This document shows positions 34,019 through 44,085 of a stretch of 64,000 nucleotides of DNA, piece after piece. How positions within the stretch are numbered: position 1 is the stretch's first letter; the number at the start of each line of letters is the position of its first letter. The stretch is from Dehalococcoidia bacterium. GTDB lineage: Bacteria; Chloroflexota; Dehalococcoidia; Lucifugimonadales; UBA3495. The position numbers were made by a program, and so were the translations under genes. The notes under the pieces were generated by a model. It was not told the origin of the DNA, did no database searches, and worked only from the letters and a program-made list of their open reading frames with translations. The DNA lies in assembly GCA_965243185.1 (NCBI GenBank), contig OZ251531.1, positions 2,214,532 to 2,278,531 of the forward strand, given 5' to 3'.

Positions 34019-34795
34019 CTACTCCGCCGCCTGCTCCCCATAGGAATACTCCGCCGCCATCCCCTTCCCTTGTGGCGGCATCAACGACCCCGGCGCCGCC
34101 GCCAGCAGCCCATCCAACTCATCCAAACCCGCTATCCGGACGCAATCTGTCACCTCCCGCTGCCATCCGCCCCGATCCAGCAGCACCGGATAAATCCCGG
34201 CGGAACGCGCCCCCAACACATCCGAACGCGGCTGATCGCCGATATGCACCGCCTCGCCCGGCAGCGCATCCACCCGGGCCAGCGCCGCCGCAAAAAACTC
34301 CGCCGCCGGCTTCTCCACCCCCGCCTCCGCCGCCGTCAAACAAAAATCCAGATACGGCGCCAACCCCATCCGGTCGCAAAGCTCATCCATATCCCGCCGC
34401 AGGTTGGTGATAACCCCCAGCCGGTAGCCCTGATCCCGCAGCCGCGCCAACGCCGGCCGCGCATCCGGAAAGGCCGCAAAATCCTTGGGAACGCTAATGG
34501 CAATTTCCCAGATTTGCCGCGCCAAATCCCGCGACACCGCCAACCCCGCCTTCTCCAGCAGGATTTGCTCATAGCGGGCGAAAAAAGCCAGCCGCTCCGC
34601 CGCGCTCCGCTCCGCCAGCGGCTTAACCTCATTCTCCCGGTTAAAATACACATCCGCCACCGCATAGCCGTACTTAATGCCCTCGGCATCCACCTTCAGC
34701 CCCAACTCCCGGCACGCCGCCTGCTGAATCTGATCCAACGGCGGCCAGAACCGCGCCAGCGTATTGTAGAAGTCGAAAAATACGGCTTTAATCAT
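34019..34795 (-). CDS. HAD-superfamily hydrolase
   Basis: MIKAVFFDFYNTL (DxD-type motif I) and a C-terminal HIGDQPRSDVLGA motif. Confidence 0.8.
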   Translation of the reverse strand: MIKAVFFDFYNTLARFWPPLDQIQQAACRELGLKVDAEGIKYGYAVADVYFNRENEVKPLAERSAAERLAFFARYEQILLEKAGLAVSRDLARQIWEIAISVPKDFAAFPDARPALARLRDQGYRLGVITNLRRDMDELCDRMGLAPYLDFCLTAAEAGVEKPAAEFFAAALARVDALPGEAVHIGDQPRSDVLGARSAGIYPVLLDRGGWQREVTDCVRIAGLDELDGLLAAAPGSLMPPQGKGMAAEYSYGEQAAE

Positions 34796-34954
34796 CGCCC
34801 CTGCCCCAATCGGCTTTTGCCCACCCGATGGCCTTGGTAGCACCGGGTCAATATCTACTACTCCGGCCTTTCCCTGAACCCTCCGGCTTGGAAAAGCCCT
34901 TGCGCCCCGCCATTCTAGCACACCCGCCCAACTTGTGCATCACCCCGGGCAACT

Positions 34955-35093
34955 GGTATTCTCAACACGGGTTGGCATAAGTTAAAACAGGGAAAAATCG
35001 CCCCGACCAAGAAGGGGATTCCTATTGATTCTCTGACACTGCTTCGGCTCCGACAAGTCCGTTTTTAGCAGTGCCAGCCCGTGTTGAGAACAC
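34955..35093 (+). repeat. A-type element copy A2
   Basis: Same 22-nt arms as A1, with one G:U and one mismatch, and a conserved interior (CGCCCCGACCAAGAA, GGATTCCTATTGATTC, GGCTCCGACAAG, CCGTTTTTAGCAGTGCC). Confidence 0.85.
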
Positions 35094-35107
35094 ACGAATC
35101 GTGGCGG

Positions 35108-35136
35108 CATTGACCGGAATTGCCAGATAATCTATA
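35108..35136 (+). promoter_or_regulatory. sigma70-type promoter TTGACC-N17-TATATT
   Basis: ttgacc ggaattgccagataatc tatatt, located between A2 and B2. Confidence 0.45.
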
Positions 35137-35181
35137 TTTATTAGCCAGCTTTAGAGCCGGCTATTTTATGCGTTTCGGAGT

Positions 35182-35236
35182 GGATTCCGTTTGCTTTTAG
35201 GGCATATTCAACTTAACGACAAAATCGTAAAGTTGA
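35182..35236 (+). repeat. B-type unit copy B2 (degenerate)
   Basis: ggattccgtttgcttttagggcatattcaacttaacgacaaaatcgtaaagttgaa is ~70% identical to B1 by eye, with the same inner CAACTT/AAGTTG stem. Confidence 0.6.
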
Positions 35237-35369
35237 ACGCAGATTGTTGCTTTGCAATACCAAGCCCGGTTGCGCGGTAAAATCTGCCTTAACTAAAAAT
35301 GCTCTGAAAGCAAATGGAGACATCGCGGGGATTAAGGCACAGCGGCCGCCGGGCGGCAAGGAGCTATTG

Positions 35370-38300
35370 ATGGACGGAGATGGAGCAAATCGTCTCTTTT
35401 TCTGCCCGGCCGGGCCAGCGGCCGCGGCGGCCTTGGGATCTTATGTCCGGGCCATACAAGGGGATGACCCCTTGGCGCCGGTTACCGTGGTCGGGCCATC
35501 GACTTACGCCAACCTGGCCTTGCGGCGGGAGTTGGGGCGCGGCGGGTTGGCTAATGTGGGATTTGTGCATCCGCATCGGTTGGCCGATTTGTTGGGTGGG
35601 CCGCGGCTGGCGGCGCGGGGATTGCGGCCGCTGACGCCGCTAGTGGAAAGCCAAGCCCTACGGCAGGCGGTGAGCCAGACGGACGGCTTGCTGCGGGAAA
35701 AAGGCTACCATCCCGCTACGCACCGGACGCTAAAGGCGGCGATACGGGAACTGGCGCAGCTCTCCCCGGCGGAAAAGACGGCGTGGCAAGGGCGCGGCAG
35801 CCAGTTGAGCCGGGAGATATTGCAGATTGAGACCGCCTTTCGGGAGCTTACGGCCGGTTACTACACCGAGGCCGAGGATTTGGCGCAGGCGGCGGCGTAC
35901 GGGGTAAGAACCGGCGGACAGGGCAACGCCCTGACCGACTTGGGATTGGTGATTTTCTTTCAACTGCGGCGGATTACGGCGGGGCAGCAGGAGCTTATTG
36001 AATCGTTAGCGGCCGCCGGTAAATGCGCCGTTTTTTTGCCGCTGGTGGGCGATGACGAAGGCGACCGGGCGGCGCGGGAAATCGCGGAACGATTGACCGG
36101 CGCTTTGGGGACGCCGACGGTTTATGCTGAGGTTGGGTCAAGTAGGGATGGAAATGCGCCGCCCGCCGACCGGGTTTCCGGGATGCGGCTGCTGGTAGCC
36201 CAAGACGCCCATCAGGAAATACGGTGGGTTATCCGCAACATTTTCCGCCAGATCAGCAGCGGTACGCCGCTGCACCGGATCGCGGTTCTGTATCGGCAGA
36301 CTTTCTACGGCGCGCTGATACCGGAGGAGTTGGCATTAGCCGGTCTGCCGGCAGCCGGGCCAAATACGACGCCGCTGACGCAAACCGGGCCGGGGCGGAC
36401 GCTGACCGGCTTGGTCAACTTGGCGCAAGGCGTCCGGGCGGCGCAAGGGCGGGAACTGCCCCGGGAGGAAGTTACGGCGTGGCTGACCGCTTGCCCGGTG
36501 CGCTTTCCGGGCGGGTTAGCGGCGGATTTTAACCCCAGCCAGTGGGACAATATATCCAAGCAAGCCGGCATCGTCCGGGGCTTGGCGCAGTGGCAGGATA
36601 AGCTGAGCCGGTTGGCTAGTGACCGGGCGCGGCAAGCGGAACGTTTAGCTGCGCAGGGGGAAGTGTCCGAGGCCAAGGCGGAATTGATGGCGGCGGAAAG
36701 CCGGGCCGCCGGACAACTGCGCGGGTTTATTACCGGGTTGGCGGCGGCGTTGATGCCGCCAGCCGAGGGCAGTTCGTGGGGCGAGTTTGCTCAGTGGGTC
36801 AGGAAACTGCTGGAACGCTACGGGGCGGCGGCTACCCTGTCCGATGCCGAAGCGCAAAACCGGGAACGGATTGGCGAAGTAGTAGCAAGCCTGGCCGAAC
36901 TGGATCAACTGGAGACCGGCGGTATCGGGTCTGACCGGTTCCGGGAGACTCTGGATGAAGCCTTGGCCGGAACGCCGGGACGCTTGGGGGCAACGGGGCA
37001 AGGGGTCTTTGTTGCGCCGTTAAGCCAAGCGGCCGGAATGTCCTTTGACGCGGTACATCTGGTCGGAATGGTCGAGGGGGCGTTTCCGCCGCCACTACGG
37101 GAATCGCCGCTGCTGCCGGAGTCGGAAAAACCGGCTGAAGTGGGCGCTGGTTGGCGGCCATCCCGGTCGGAACGGTTAGCCGATGAGCGGCACAACTTTA
37201 TGGCGGCCCTGGCGGCGGCGCCGCTGCAAACCCTTTCCTATCCCTTGGCCGACGCCGGCGGTTCCCGGGGCAACTACCCGTCCCGGTGGTTTCTGGAACA
37301 GGCAACGCGGCTGGAAGGGAAAGCGGTGCGGAGTTCCACCCTGAAATCCCTGGTCAATCAAAAGGAGTGGCTGACCGCCATCGGTTCCCCGGAACAGGAA
37401 TTTGGCAGCATCGCGGGTTTGGCGGCGGCCGACCAGCACGATTATGACCTGGCAAGTTTGTGGGATTGCCGGGAACGGAGCGGCGGCATTCGGCAGCATC
37501 CCCTGGCTAAAGAGGGCATCCTGGCCGGCGCGCTGCAAGTAGGTCGGAGCCGCTACAATCCCTATTACGGCTCCTACTTTTCGGAATGGAACGGCAACTT
37601 GGCTGGGGCCGCCGGCCCGTCGGGATTGGCCGGCGGGTTGAGCGGACAAGTGCTTTCGCCGACCGGCTTGGAAAAGTGGTCCAACTGCCCCTTCAGCTAC
37701 TTTCTGGGGCAGCAACTGCGGTTGAGCGCGCAGGACAGCCCGGAGGACATCTACCGCATATCGGCCTTGGAGCAGGGTTCGCTGATCCACGAAATCCTGG
37801 AGCAGTTTATCGGGCAAGCCCGGGAGCGGGGAACGGTGCCGCCGCCGGGGCAAGGGTGGACGGATGCGGACGCCGGGGTTTTGCAGGAAATTGCGGAAAG
37901 GGCGTTCCAGGAAGCGGAAAGCCGGGGCATTACCGGACGGACGCTGCTGTGGCGAATGTCCCAAGCGGATATTCGGGATGATTTGACGGCATTTCTCGAA
38001 GCGGATACGTATGTGCGGGAACGGTTCGGCTTGTCGCCGGCGCGGGAGGAAGCGCGGTTCGGCATTGACGGCGACAACGCCGCCGATAGCTGGGCGGCGG
38101 CGGTCTATCGGCTGCGGGACGGGACGGAAATACGGTTCCGGGGCGTGATTGACCGGGTTGACCGGTCGGCAGACGGGCGGGCGGCTTTGGTGCTGGACTA
38201 CAAGAGCGGGGGCGCCAGTCGGTACGCCGGTTTGGAGGAGGATGCCATTGATAAGGGGCGGCGATTGCAGTTGGGCATTTACGGACTGGCGGCGCAGCAG

Positions 38301-38663
38301 GCTTTGGGCGCGGAAGTGCAGGTGCGGGCGGCGTACTGGTTCGTGAGCAGCCGGGGCGGGTTCAAGCTGATACCCGAGGAGCCGGTGCGTATGGAGGATG
38401 CGGCGGTGCAGGAACGGTTTGAGGAAGGCATCGCCGCCATCGTCTCCGGGATTCGGGGCGGCGTGTTTCCGGCTAATCCGGGGCCGTGGGATTTCAACAG
38501 TTTCTTGGGCAAGTCCAACGGCAAGAACTGCCATTACTGCGATTTTGACGCCCTGTGTCCGGCGCGGCGGGTGAACCTGTGGGAACGGCTGAAAGGCCGC
38601 CGGGAAAATCAGCGGGCCCTGGCCGGCTATCTGGAATTGGCTGAGGAGGAGTCTGAGGAATGA
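35370..38663 (+). CDS. addB: AddB/AdnA-like helicase-nuclease subunit (PD-(D/E)XK nuclease with C-terminal Fe-S cysteines)
   Basis: About 1100 aa. C-terminal DYKSG nuclease motif and CHYCDFDALCP. AAGGAG RBS before ATG 35370. The stop overlaps the next gene's start (ATGA). Confidence 0.75.
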   Translation: MDGDGANRLFFCPAGPAAAAALGSYVRAIQGDDPLAPVTVVGPSTYANLALRRELGRGGLANVGFVHPHRLADLLGGPRLAARGLRPLTPLVESQALRQAVSQTDGLLREKGYHPATHRTLKAAIRELAQLSPAEKTAWQGRGSQLSREILQIETAFRELTAGYYTEAEDLAQAAAYGVRTGGQGNALTDLGLVIFFQLRRITAGQQELIESLAAAGKCAVFLPLVGDDEGDRAAREIAERLTGALGTPTVYAEVGSSRDGNAPPADRVSGMRLLVAQDAHQEIRWVIRNIFRQISSGTPLHRIAVLYRQTFYGALIPEELALAGLPAAGPNTTPLTQTGPGRTLTGLVNLAQGVRAAQGRELPREEVTAWLTACPVRFPGGLAADFNPSQWDNISKQAGIVRGLAQWQDKLSRLASDRARQAERLAAQGEVSEAKAELMAAESRAAGQLRGFITGLAAALMPPAEGSSWGEFAQWVRKLLERYGAAATLSDAEAQNRERIGEVVASLAELDQLETGGIGSDRFRETLDEALAGTPGRLGATGQGVFVAPLSQAAGMSFDAVHLVGMVEGAFPPPLRESPLLPESEKPAEVGAGWRPSRSERLADERHNFMAALAAAPLQTLSYPLADAGGSRGNYPSRWFLEQATRLEGKAVRSSTLKSLVNQKEWLTAIGSPEQEFGSIAGLAAADQHDYDLASLWDCRERSGGIRQHPLAKEGILAGALQVGRSRYNPYYGSYFSEWNGNLAGAAGPSGLAGGLSGQVLSPTGLEKWSNCPFSYFLGQQLRLSAQDSPEDIYRISALEQGSLIHEILEQFIGQARERGTVPPPGQGWTDADAGVLQEIAERAFQEAESRGITGRTLLWRMSQADIRDDLTAFLEADTYVRERFGLSPAREEARFGIDGDNAADSWAAAVYRLRDGTEIRFRGVIDRVDRSADGRAALVLDYKSGGASRYAGLEEDAIDKGRRLQLGIYGLAAQQALGAEVQVRAAYWFVSSRGGFKLIPEEPVRMEDAAVQERFEEGIAAIVSGIRGGVFPANPGPWDFNSFLGKSNGKNCHYCDFDALCPARRVNLWERLKGRRENQRALAGYLELAEEESEE

Positions 38664-41600
38664 CCAGCGCATTTACGCCGCAGGATGACGCCGCCCGGCA
38701 GCGGATCTTGCACGGGTTGGGCGATACCCTTTTTGTCGAAGCCGGCGCTGGCACCGGCAAAACCACCAGCTTGGTGGGTCGAGTGGCAAACCTGGTTTCC
38801 AGCGGCGCAACTACCTTGGATCGGGTAGCGGCCATTACCTTTACCGAAGCGGCGGCGGCGGAACTGCGCGACAAAATCCGGGAACGATTAGAGGAGTCGG
38901 CGGCGCCGGATTCGGCGTTGCGCGACCTTGAACGGGAACGGTGCGAGCGGGGATTAGCCGACCTGGATCAGGCATCCTTTCAGACTTTGCACAGTTTCGC
39001 CGGCGGCCTGCTGCGGGAGCGGCCGCTGGAAGCCGGGCTGCCCATTGCCTTTCAGATTGCCGACCCCATTGTCAGCCAGTTGGATTTTGACCGGGCGTGG
39101 CGGGATTGGCTGGATACGGCGTTGGAAAGGGAGGAGTTACAGGTACCGCTGACTATGGCTTTGTCTTTGGGATTGAACCTGACGCGATTGCGGGAGGTAG
39201 CCGTCGCCTTTCACCAGAATTATGACATCGTGGAACAGACGGATTTTGAGGATGGAGAGGACTCCGAGGATAAGGAGCCGGCAAATCCGGTAGCCGGTCA
39301 ACTGGCGGCGGAAGCGGATGAACTGGCGCGGCTGTGCGGTTACTCCCGGTTGGGCGCGGAGGATGCCCTGTATCAGCATACGCAGGGGGTAATTGCCGCC
39401 GGCCGCCGCCTGGACGGGATGAACCCCACGGCGGCGGAAAGCTATCGGCTGCTGCAAAAAGTGCGGCTGTCCTGCGGCCGCGGCCGGCAAGGGGATTGGG
39501 ATAACGACCCTAAATCGGGCGGCAACGCTTGCAAACTGCTGAAAGACCGGCTTAAAGAACTGCAAGCTGCCGCCAATGATGAATTGGCCGCGGCCCGACG
39601 CCAATCCCTGTTGCTACTGCTGCGGGAACTGCGGACTTTCGTTCTGGACTACGCGGCGCAACGGAAGGCGGCGGGCAAGGCGGAATATAATGACCTGCTG
39701 ATTTGGGCGCGGGATTTGCTGCGGGACAACCTGGCAGCCCGGGATTACTTTCGGGGGCGGTTTTCCCATCTGCTGATTGACGAAGTGCAGGATACGGATC
39801 CCATCCAAGCGGAAATCGCAATGTTTCTGGCCGAAGCGGTTACGCCGGGGATAGCGGCCGCCGGGCGTCCCCAAGAGTGGGAAGCGATTACCCCGGAAGC
39901 CGGCAAACTGTTCGTCGTGGGCGACCCGAAACAGTCCATCTATCGGTTTCGGCGGGCCGATGTGCGGCAGATGAACCGGCTGCGGCAACGAATGGGCGGG
40001 GAAACTCTGCAACTGACCCAAAACTTCCGCTCCCAGCGGCCGGTTATCGCTTGGGTCAACCGACTCTTTGAGCAGTGGATGAGGCAAGGCAGCCCGGAGC
40101 AAGCCCAGTATGTGGACTTAATCCACCGCTGGGACGGGGCGTCGGAACATCTCCAGAAGCCGGGAGTGTGGCGGCTGGGCGCCGGCATTGACGAAAATGT
40201 TAATGCAGTACGGCGGGAAGGCGCGGAAGCAGTGGCCAGCCTGCTGTCCGGCATTCCGGGGGAAGGCTGGCCAGTGCGGGATACGGCCGCTGCCGGGGAA
40301 CAGTACCGGGACGCCGGCTTTTCCGATGTGTGCATCCTGATGCCGCGGCGGACTTCCCTGCGGGAGTTGGAGCAGGCGTTGGATGACGCTGACCTACCGT
40401 ATCGGCTGGAGGGTTCGTCGCTGATTTTTGACACCCAGGAAGTGCGGGATTTGCTGAACTGCCTGCGGGCCATTGACGACCCGGCGAATCAAGTAGCCAT
40501 TGCGGCGGCGCTGCGCTCGCCGGCCTTCGGCTGTTCCGATATTTCCCTGCTGGAGTTGGTACAGGCGGGCGGCAGTTTTGACTATCTGGCCGAACTGCCG
40601 ACAGCGGCGGCGGCCGGGCCGGCCAGTCAGGGTTTGCGCGAATTGAAAGGGTATCACTACGCCCGGCTGGAGGAATCGCCGGCTTTGCTGATGGAGCGGT
40701 TTATCCGGGAGCGGCAGCTGATGGCGGCGGCGTTGGAACAGCAACGGCCGCGGCAGCAGTGGCGGCGGTATCGGTTTATGATTAACCAGACGCGGGCCTT
40801 TACCGAAGCCGGCGGCGGTTCCCTGAGGGAGTTTTTGAGTTGGGCGGAACAGCAAGCGGCGGAAAATGCGCGGGTTACTGAAACGCCGGTTCCCGAGGAG
40901 CAAGAGGAAGCGGTGCGGGTGATGACGGTCCACGGAGCCAAGGGGCTGGAGTTTCCGATAGTGATTCTGACCGGGTTGGATTCGGGCAGTCCGAACCGCA
41001 CTGAGACCGTATTGGTGGACCGGGAACGGGGGCAAGTCGAGGTTCGGATGGGCAGCGGCAGTCAGGTTTTTGAGACGCCGGGCTATGCCGAACTACGGGA
41101 ACGGGAAGGGCAGCTTGGCGCGGATGAAGCGGTACGGCTGCTCTATGTAGCGGCAACCCGGGCCAAAGAGCATCTGGTGGTGAATATGTACCACCGGGAG
41201 GAAGGGCGGGATTGCCCGGCCCGGCAAATCGCCGCCTTGCTGGAAAGCGATGATGGAACGGGAATGTGGGAAAGGATTGACGCGCCGCCCCTCGACCCAG
41301 CGGCGGCCGAATTGTTAGCGGCGGCGGCCCCGGCAACGCCGGAAACGGCAAGGGATTTTATGGGGCAGCGGGAGCGGTGGCGTCAAGAACGGGCGAAACT
41401 AATCCGGGCGCAGAGCCGGCCGATTTCCGTAGCGGCCACTACCCTGGCCCGGGTGGCTAAAGAGGAAGCGGCCGAAACGGCGGCTGAAACCGAACCGTGG
41501 CGGCGGGGGCGCGGCGGAACTTCAATCGGGCGGGCGGTACACGCCGTCCTACAAACCATTGACCTGGCGACCGGGGAAGGATTAGCGGAAACGGCCCAAG

Positions 41601-42034
41601 CCCAAGCCGCCGGGGAGAATATCCCGGGGCGGCGGCAGGAAATTATTGACTTGGTCCAAGTAGCTTTAGATAGCCCGGCAGTGCGGCGGGCGGTGGCGTC
41701 CGGGCGGTACTGGCGGGAAGTGCCGGTAGCCGCGCCTTTGGGCGACGGGCTGGTCGAGGGCTTTATCGACCTGCTCTATGAAACCGAGGGCGGGTTGGCC
41801 GTGGTCGATTACAAGACGGACGATATTGACGCGGCGGAAACCGGGGAGACGCTGCAACGTTACCGGTTGCAGGGCGGCACCTACGCTTTGGCCGTGGAGC
41901 GGGCGACGGGGAAAGCAGTAAAGGAAGTCGCGTTCCTGTTCCTGCGCCCCAACCGGGAGGAACGGCTGACCGACATCGGGCAACTGACCGCGGAAGCGGA
42001 AGGGCGGGCGTTGGCGTATTTGCAGGGCGGGTAG
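38660..42034 (+). CDS. addA: AddA/AdnB/RecB-like UvrD-family helicase-nuclease
   Basis: Walker A AGAGTGKT, DEVQDT, VMTVHGAKGLEFP, and a C-terminal GFIDLLY...VVDYKTD nuclease motif. Confidence 0.85.
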   Translation: MTSAFTPQDDAARQRILHGLGDTLFVEAGAGTGKTTSLVGRVANLVSSGATTLDRVAAITFTEAAAAELRDKIRERLEESAAPDSALRDLERERCERGLADLDQASFQTLHSFAGGLLRERPLEAGLPIAFQIADPIVSQLDFDRAWRDWLDTALEREELQVPLTMALSLGLNLTRLREVAVAFHQNYDIVEQTDFEDGEDSEDKEPANPVAGQLAAEADELARLCGYSRLGAEDALYQHTQGVIAAGRRLDGMNPTAAESYRLLQKVRLSCGRGRQGDWDNDPKSGGNACKLLKDRLKELQAAANDELAAARRQSLLLLLRELRTFVLDYAAQRKAAGKAEYNDLLIWARDLLRDNLAARDYFRGRFSHLLIDEVQDTDPIQAEIAMFLAEAVTPGIAAAGRPQEWEAITPEAGKLFVVGDPKQSIYRFRRADVRQMNRLRQRMGGETLQLTQNFRSQRPVIAWVNRLFEQWMRQGSPEQAQYVDLIHRWDGASEHLQKPGVWRLGAGIDENVNAVRREGAEAVASLLSGIPGEGWPVRDTAAAGEQYRDAGFSDVCILMPRRTSLRELEQALDDADLPYRLEGSSLIFDTQEVRDLLNCLRAIDDPANQVAIAAALRSPAFGCSDISLLELVQAGGSFDYLAELPTAAAAGPASQGLRELKGYHYARLEESPALLMERFIRERQLMAAALEQQRPRQQWRRYRFMINQTRAFTEAGGGSLREFLSWAEQQAAENARVTETPVPEEQEEAVRVMTVHGAKGLEFPIVILTGLDSGSPNRTETVLVDRERGQVEVRMGSGSQVFETPGYAELREREGQLGADEAVRLLYVAATRAKEHLVVNMYHREEGRDCPARQIAALLESDDGTGMWERIDAPPLDPAAAELLAAAAPATPETARDFMGQRERWRQERAKLIRAQSRPISVAATTLARVAKEEAAETAAETEPWRRGRGGTSIGRAVHAVLQTIDLATGEGLAETAQAQAAGENIPGRRQEIIDLVQVALDSPAVRRAVASGRYWREVPVAAPLGDGLVEGFIDLLYETEGGLAVVDYKTDDIDAAETGETLQRYRLQGGTYALAVERATGKAVKEVAFLFLRPNREERLTDIGQLTAEAEGRALAYLQGG

Positions 42035-42136
42035 CAGCCGGTACTTCCCCTCTTTCCCCTTGGCCCGAACCGGTCGGTTTTGATAAGGGATTGCCCGGCG
42101 CCATCGGGCTTGTGCGGCCGGTCTTGCCCCAAGCGG

Positions 42137-43435
42137 TTACAAGGCTCCGTCGAGGCGGTGGAGGAGCAAGCCGGTAGGGAGTTTGGGGTAAAAGAAGGTG
42201 GATTTGGAAGGGAGCCGCTGGCCGCCGCTGACGATGGATTCAAAGGCGTCCATAGGAAAGGGTTTGAGCAGAAATGCTATTTGCCGGCGGCCGGCGGCAA
42301 TCAGTTGGGCCGCTTGGGCCGGGTCGTGGCTGTAGTCCACATATTGGGCGGTATCACCTAGAAGGGGCTGAATAACCTGTTCATCCAACAGCCAAGCCGT
42401 AGAGACCGCCAAGCTGCCCCAGCGTTGCCAGTCAATTTCCGGTTTAAGGGTCAATAGCTGCGGCGGAGTGTCGCCGGGGCCGAGGATCCCGACGGTATGC
42501 CGGCCCGGGCCGCGGTCAATGACCTGCTGAGCCAATTGCGCCGGGCTGATGGTCGGGTCGAGGGGTTCCGGGTCGAACAGCTCCAGCAATCGCTGCGGCA
42601 AGGCGGTCAGTTGCTCCGGGGAAAGGCCGCCGATAAGTTTGTGGTAGGGGAGCAAGAGCAAGCCGGGGTCGTCAAACTCGGTAAGGGACATCATTACATA
42701 GTTATGGGCGGCGTCCGGGCTGGCGGCGTTGGCGGCTTGTTCCTGGCCTTGACGGTAGCGGCGGGCGGCCTCGTAGCGATGATGACCGTCGGCAAGAAAG
42801 ACCGGGCGGGCGGCGAAAAAGTCGGTGATGGCCTGCTGCGCGGCCGGGTCAGCAATCGGCCACAGGGCAAGCGCTCCGATATTGCTGTCCGGGATCGGCA
42901 GCGTTTCCAAGTCCGGGGGCGCTGCCATTACCTGGTCAAAGATATGGCGGAGTTCCCCGGCAGAATCGCGATAGAGGGTCATCAGGGGGCTGAACTGGGT
43001 TTGCGCGGCTTGCAGCAAGTCTACCCGGTCAAGGACTGCCGGCTCCCGGGTGAATTCGTGGGGCAGCACGGAGCCGCCATCGTAATCCTCGACCAGCACC
43101 GCGCCAAATAGTCCCAACTGGGCCCGTTCCTGTCCCTGATGCCGGTAGGAATGGCGCATCAGGTAAAAGGCGGGCTGTCCGTCGCGGCGGAGGATGCCGG
43201 CGGTTTGCCACTGCTGAAAGAGGTCGGCGGCCTGCTGGTAGCCGGCAGCCGGGTTCACCGGGTCGGGCTGTTCGCCGCCTTCGAGGTGTACGGCGTTGTA
43301 GGGGCTGCGCCGTTGCAAGACGGCTTTGAGTTCGGGGCCAATCATATCGTAGGGGGGGCAAAGGACGGCGTCAAGGGGGCCGCCGAGGGCCGGCGGATGG
43401 TAGCGAAGGCCGCGGAAGGGACGGAATACGGTCAT
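42137..43435 (-). CDS. DUF1015 family protein
   Basis: N-terminal MTVFRPFRGLRY, typical of DUF1015/COG4198; 432 aa. Confidence 0.7.
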   Translation of the reverse strand: MTVFRPFRGLRYHPPALGGPLDAVLCPPYDMIGPELKAVLQRRSPYNAVHLEGGEQPDPVNPAAGYQQAADLFQQWQTAGILRRDGQPAFYLMRHSYRHQGQERAQLGLFGAVLVEDYDGGSVLPHEFTREPAVLDRVDLLQAAQTQFSPLMTLYRDSAGELRHIFDQVMAAPPDLETLPIPDSNIGALALWPIADPAAQQAITDFFAARPVFLADGHHRYEAARRYRQGQEQAANAASPDAAHNYVMMSLTEFDDPGLLLLPYHKLIGGLSPEQLTALPQRLLELFDPEPLDPTISPAQLAQQVIDRGPGRHTVGILGPGDTPPQLLTLKPEIDWQRWGSLAVSTAWLLDEQVIQPLLGDTAQYVDYSHDPAQAAQLIAAGRRQIAFLLKPFPMDAFESIVSGGQRLPSKSTFFYPKLPTGLLLHRLDGAL

Positions 43436-43644
43436 AAGGGGGCTGCTCCCTGGGGATTATTGGCATTATTCTACCGGATAGACGGGATTTGAGGGTGCCG
43501 GAATCCCGTTGGCAAGAGAATAACAATTGTGGGAGTGCCGTAGGGATTTCGGGTAAGAATTTTTAGATTCCGCGGCGCAACCGCGGAATGACCCGGAAGG
43601 GCGGCGGGAGTTTCCGGTGAAATTTCAGACCCGGCCGCCCTTTA

Positions 43645-44082
43645 CTAAGGTTCCCCCAAAGTGGAGCGCATATCGCCCCGGGCGCGGCGGCGGCGGACGA
43701 TGTTGAGGCGAACTTGGGCGCGGCGGACAGCGGCGGCGGCGCGTTCCAGTTCCAGGTCGGTGGCATGGGTTTGCAGTCGTTCCTGGGCGCGGGTCATGGC
43801 GGTTTGGGCGCGTTCCTCGTTGATTTCTTGGGAATACTCGCAGGCGGCGGCAAGGATGGTTACTTTGTTGGCCAGCACTTCCATAAAGCCGCCGGTAACG
43901 GCGAGGTAGGAAGGTTCGCCGTCTTTGCGAATCATAACTTCGCCGGGCTGCAAGGCGGTCATCAGGGGGGCGTGGCGGGGCAGGATGCCCAACTGGCCGC
44001 CGATGCCGGGGGCGACGACGCTGTCCACCTGGTCGGCAAAGACCTGGCGCTCGGCGGTGATGATTTCGAGTTGCATGGGCAT
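43645..44082 (-). CDS. atpC: F1 ATP synthase subunit epsilon
   Basis: 145 aa. N-terminal beta-sandwich motif (GILPRHAPL) and C-terminal helical hairpin. Last gene of the atp cluster. Confidence 0.88.
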   Translation of the reverse strand: MPMQLEIITAERQVFADQVDSVVAPGIGGQLGILPRHAPLMTALQPGEVMIRKDGEPSYLAVTGGFMEVLANKVTILAAACEYSQEINEERAQTAMTRAQERLQTHATDLELERAAAAVRRAQVRLNIVRRRRARGDMRSTLGEP

Positions 44083-44085
44083 AGC

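Noticed and set aside
43560-43600. Terminator for atpC at the ATTCCGCGG/CCGCGGAAT hairpin
   Set aside because: On the minus (atp) strand the stem is followed by CTAAAAATT rather than a U-run. The T-run lies on the wrong side, so it is not called.
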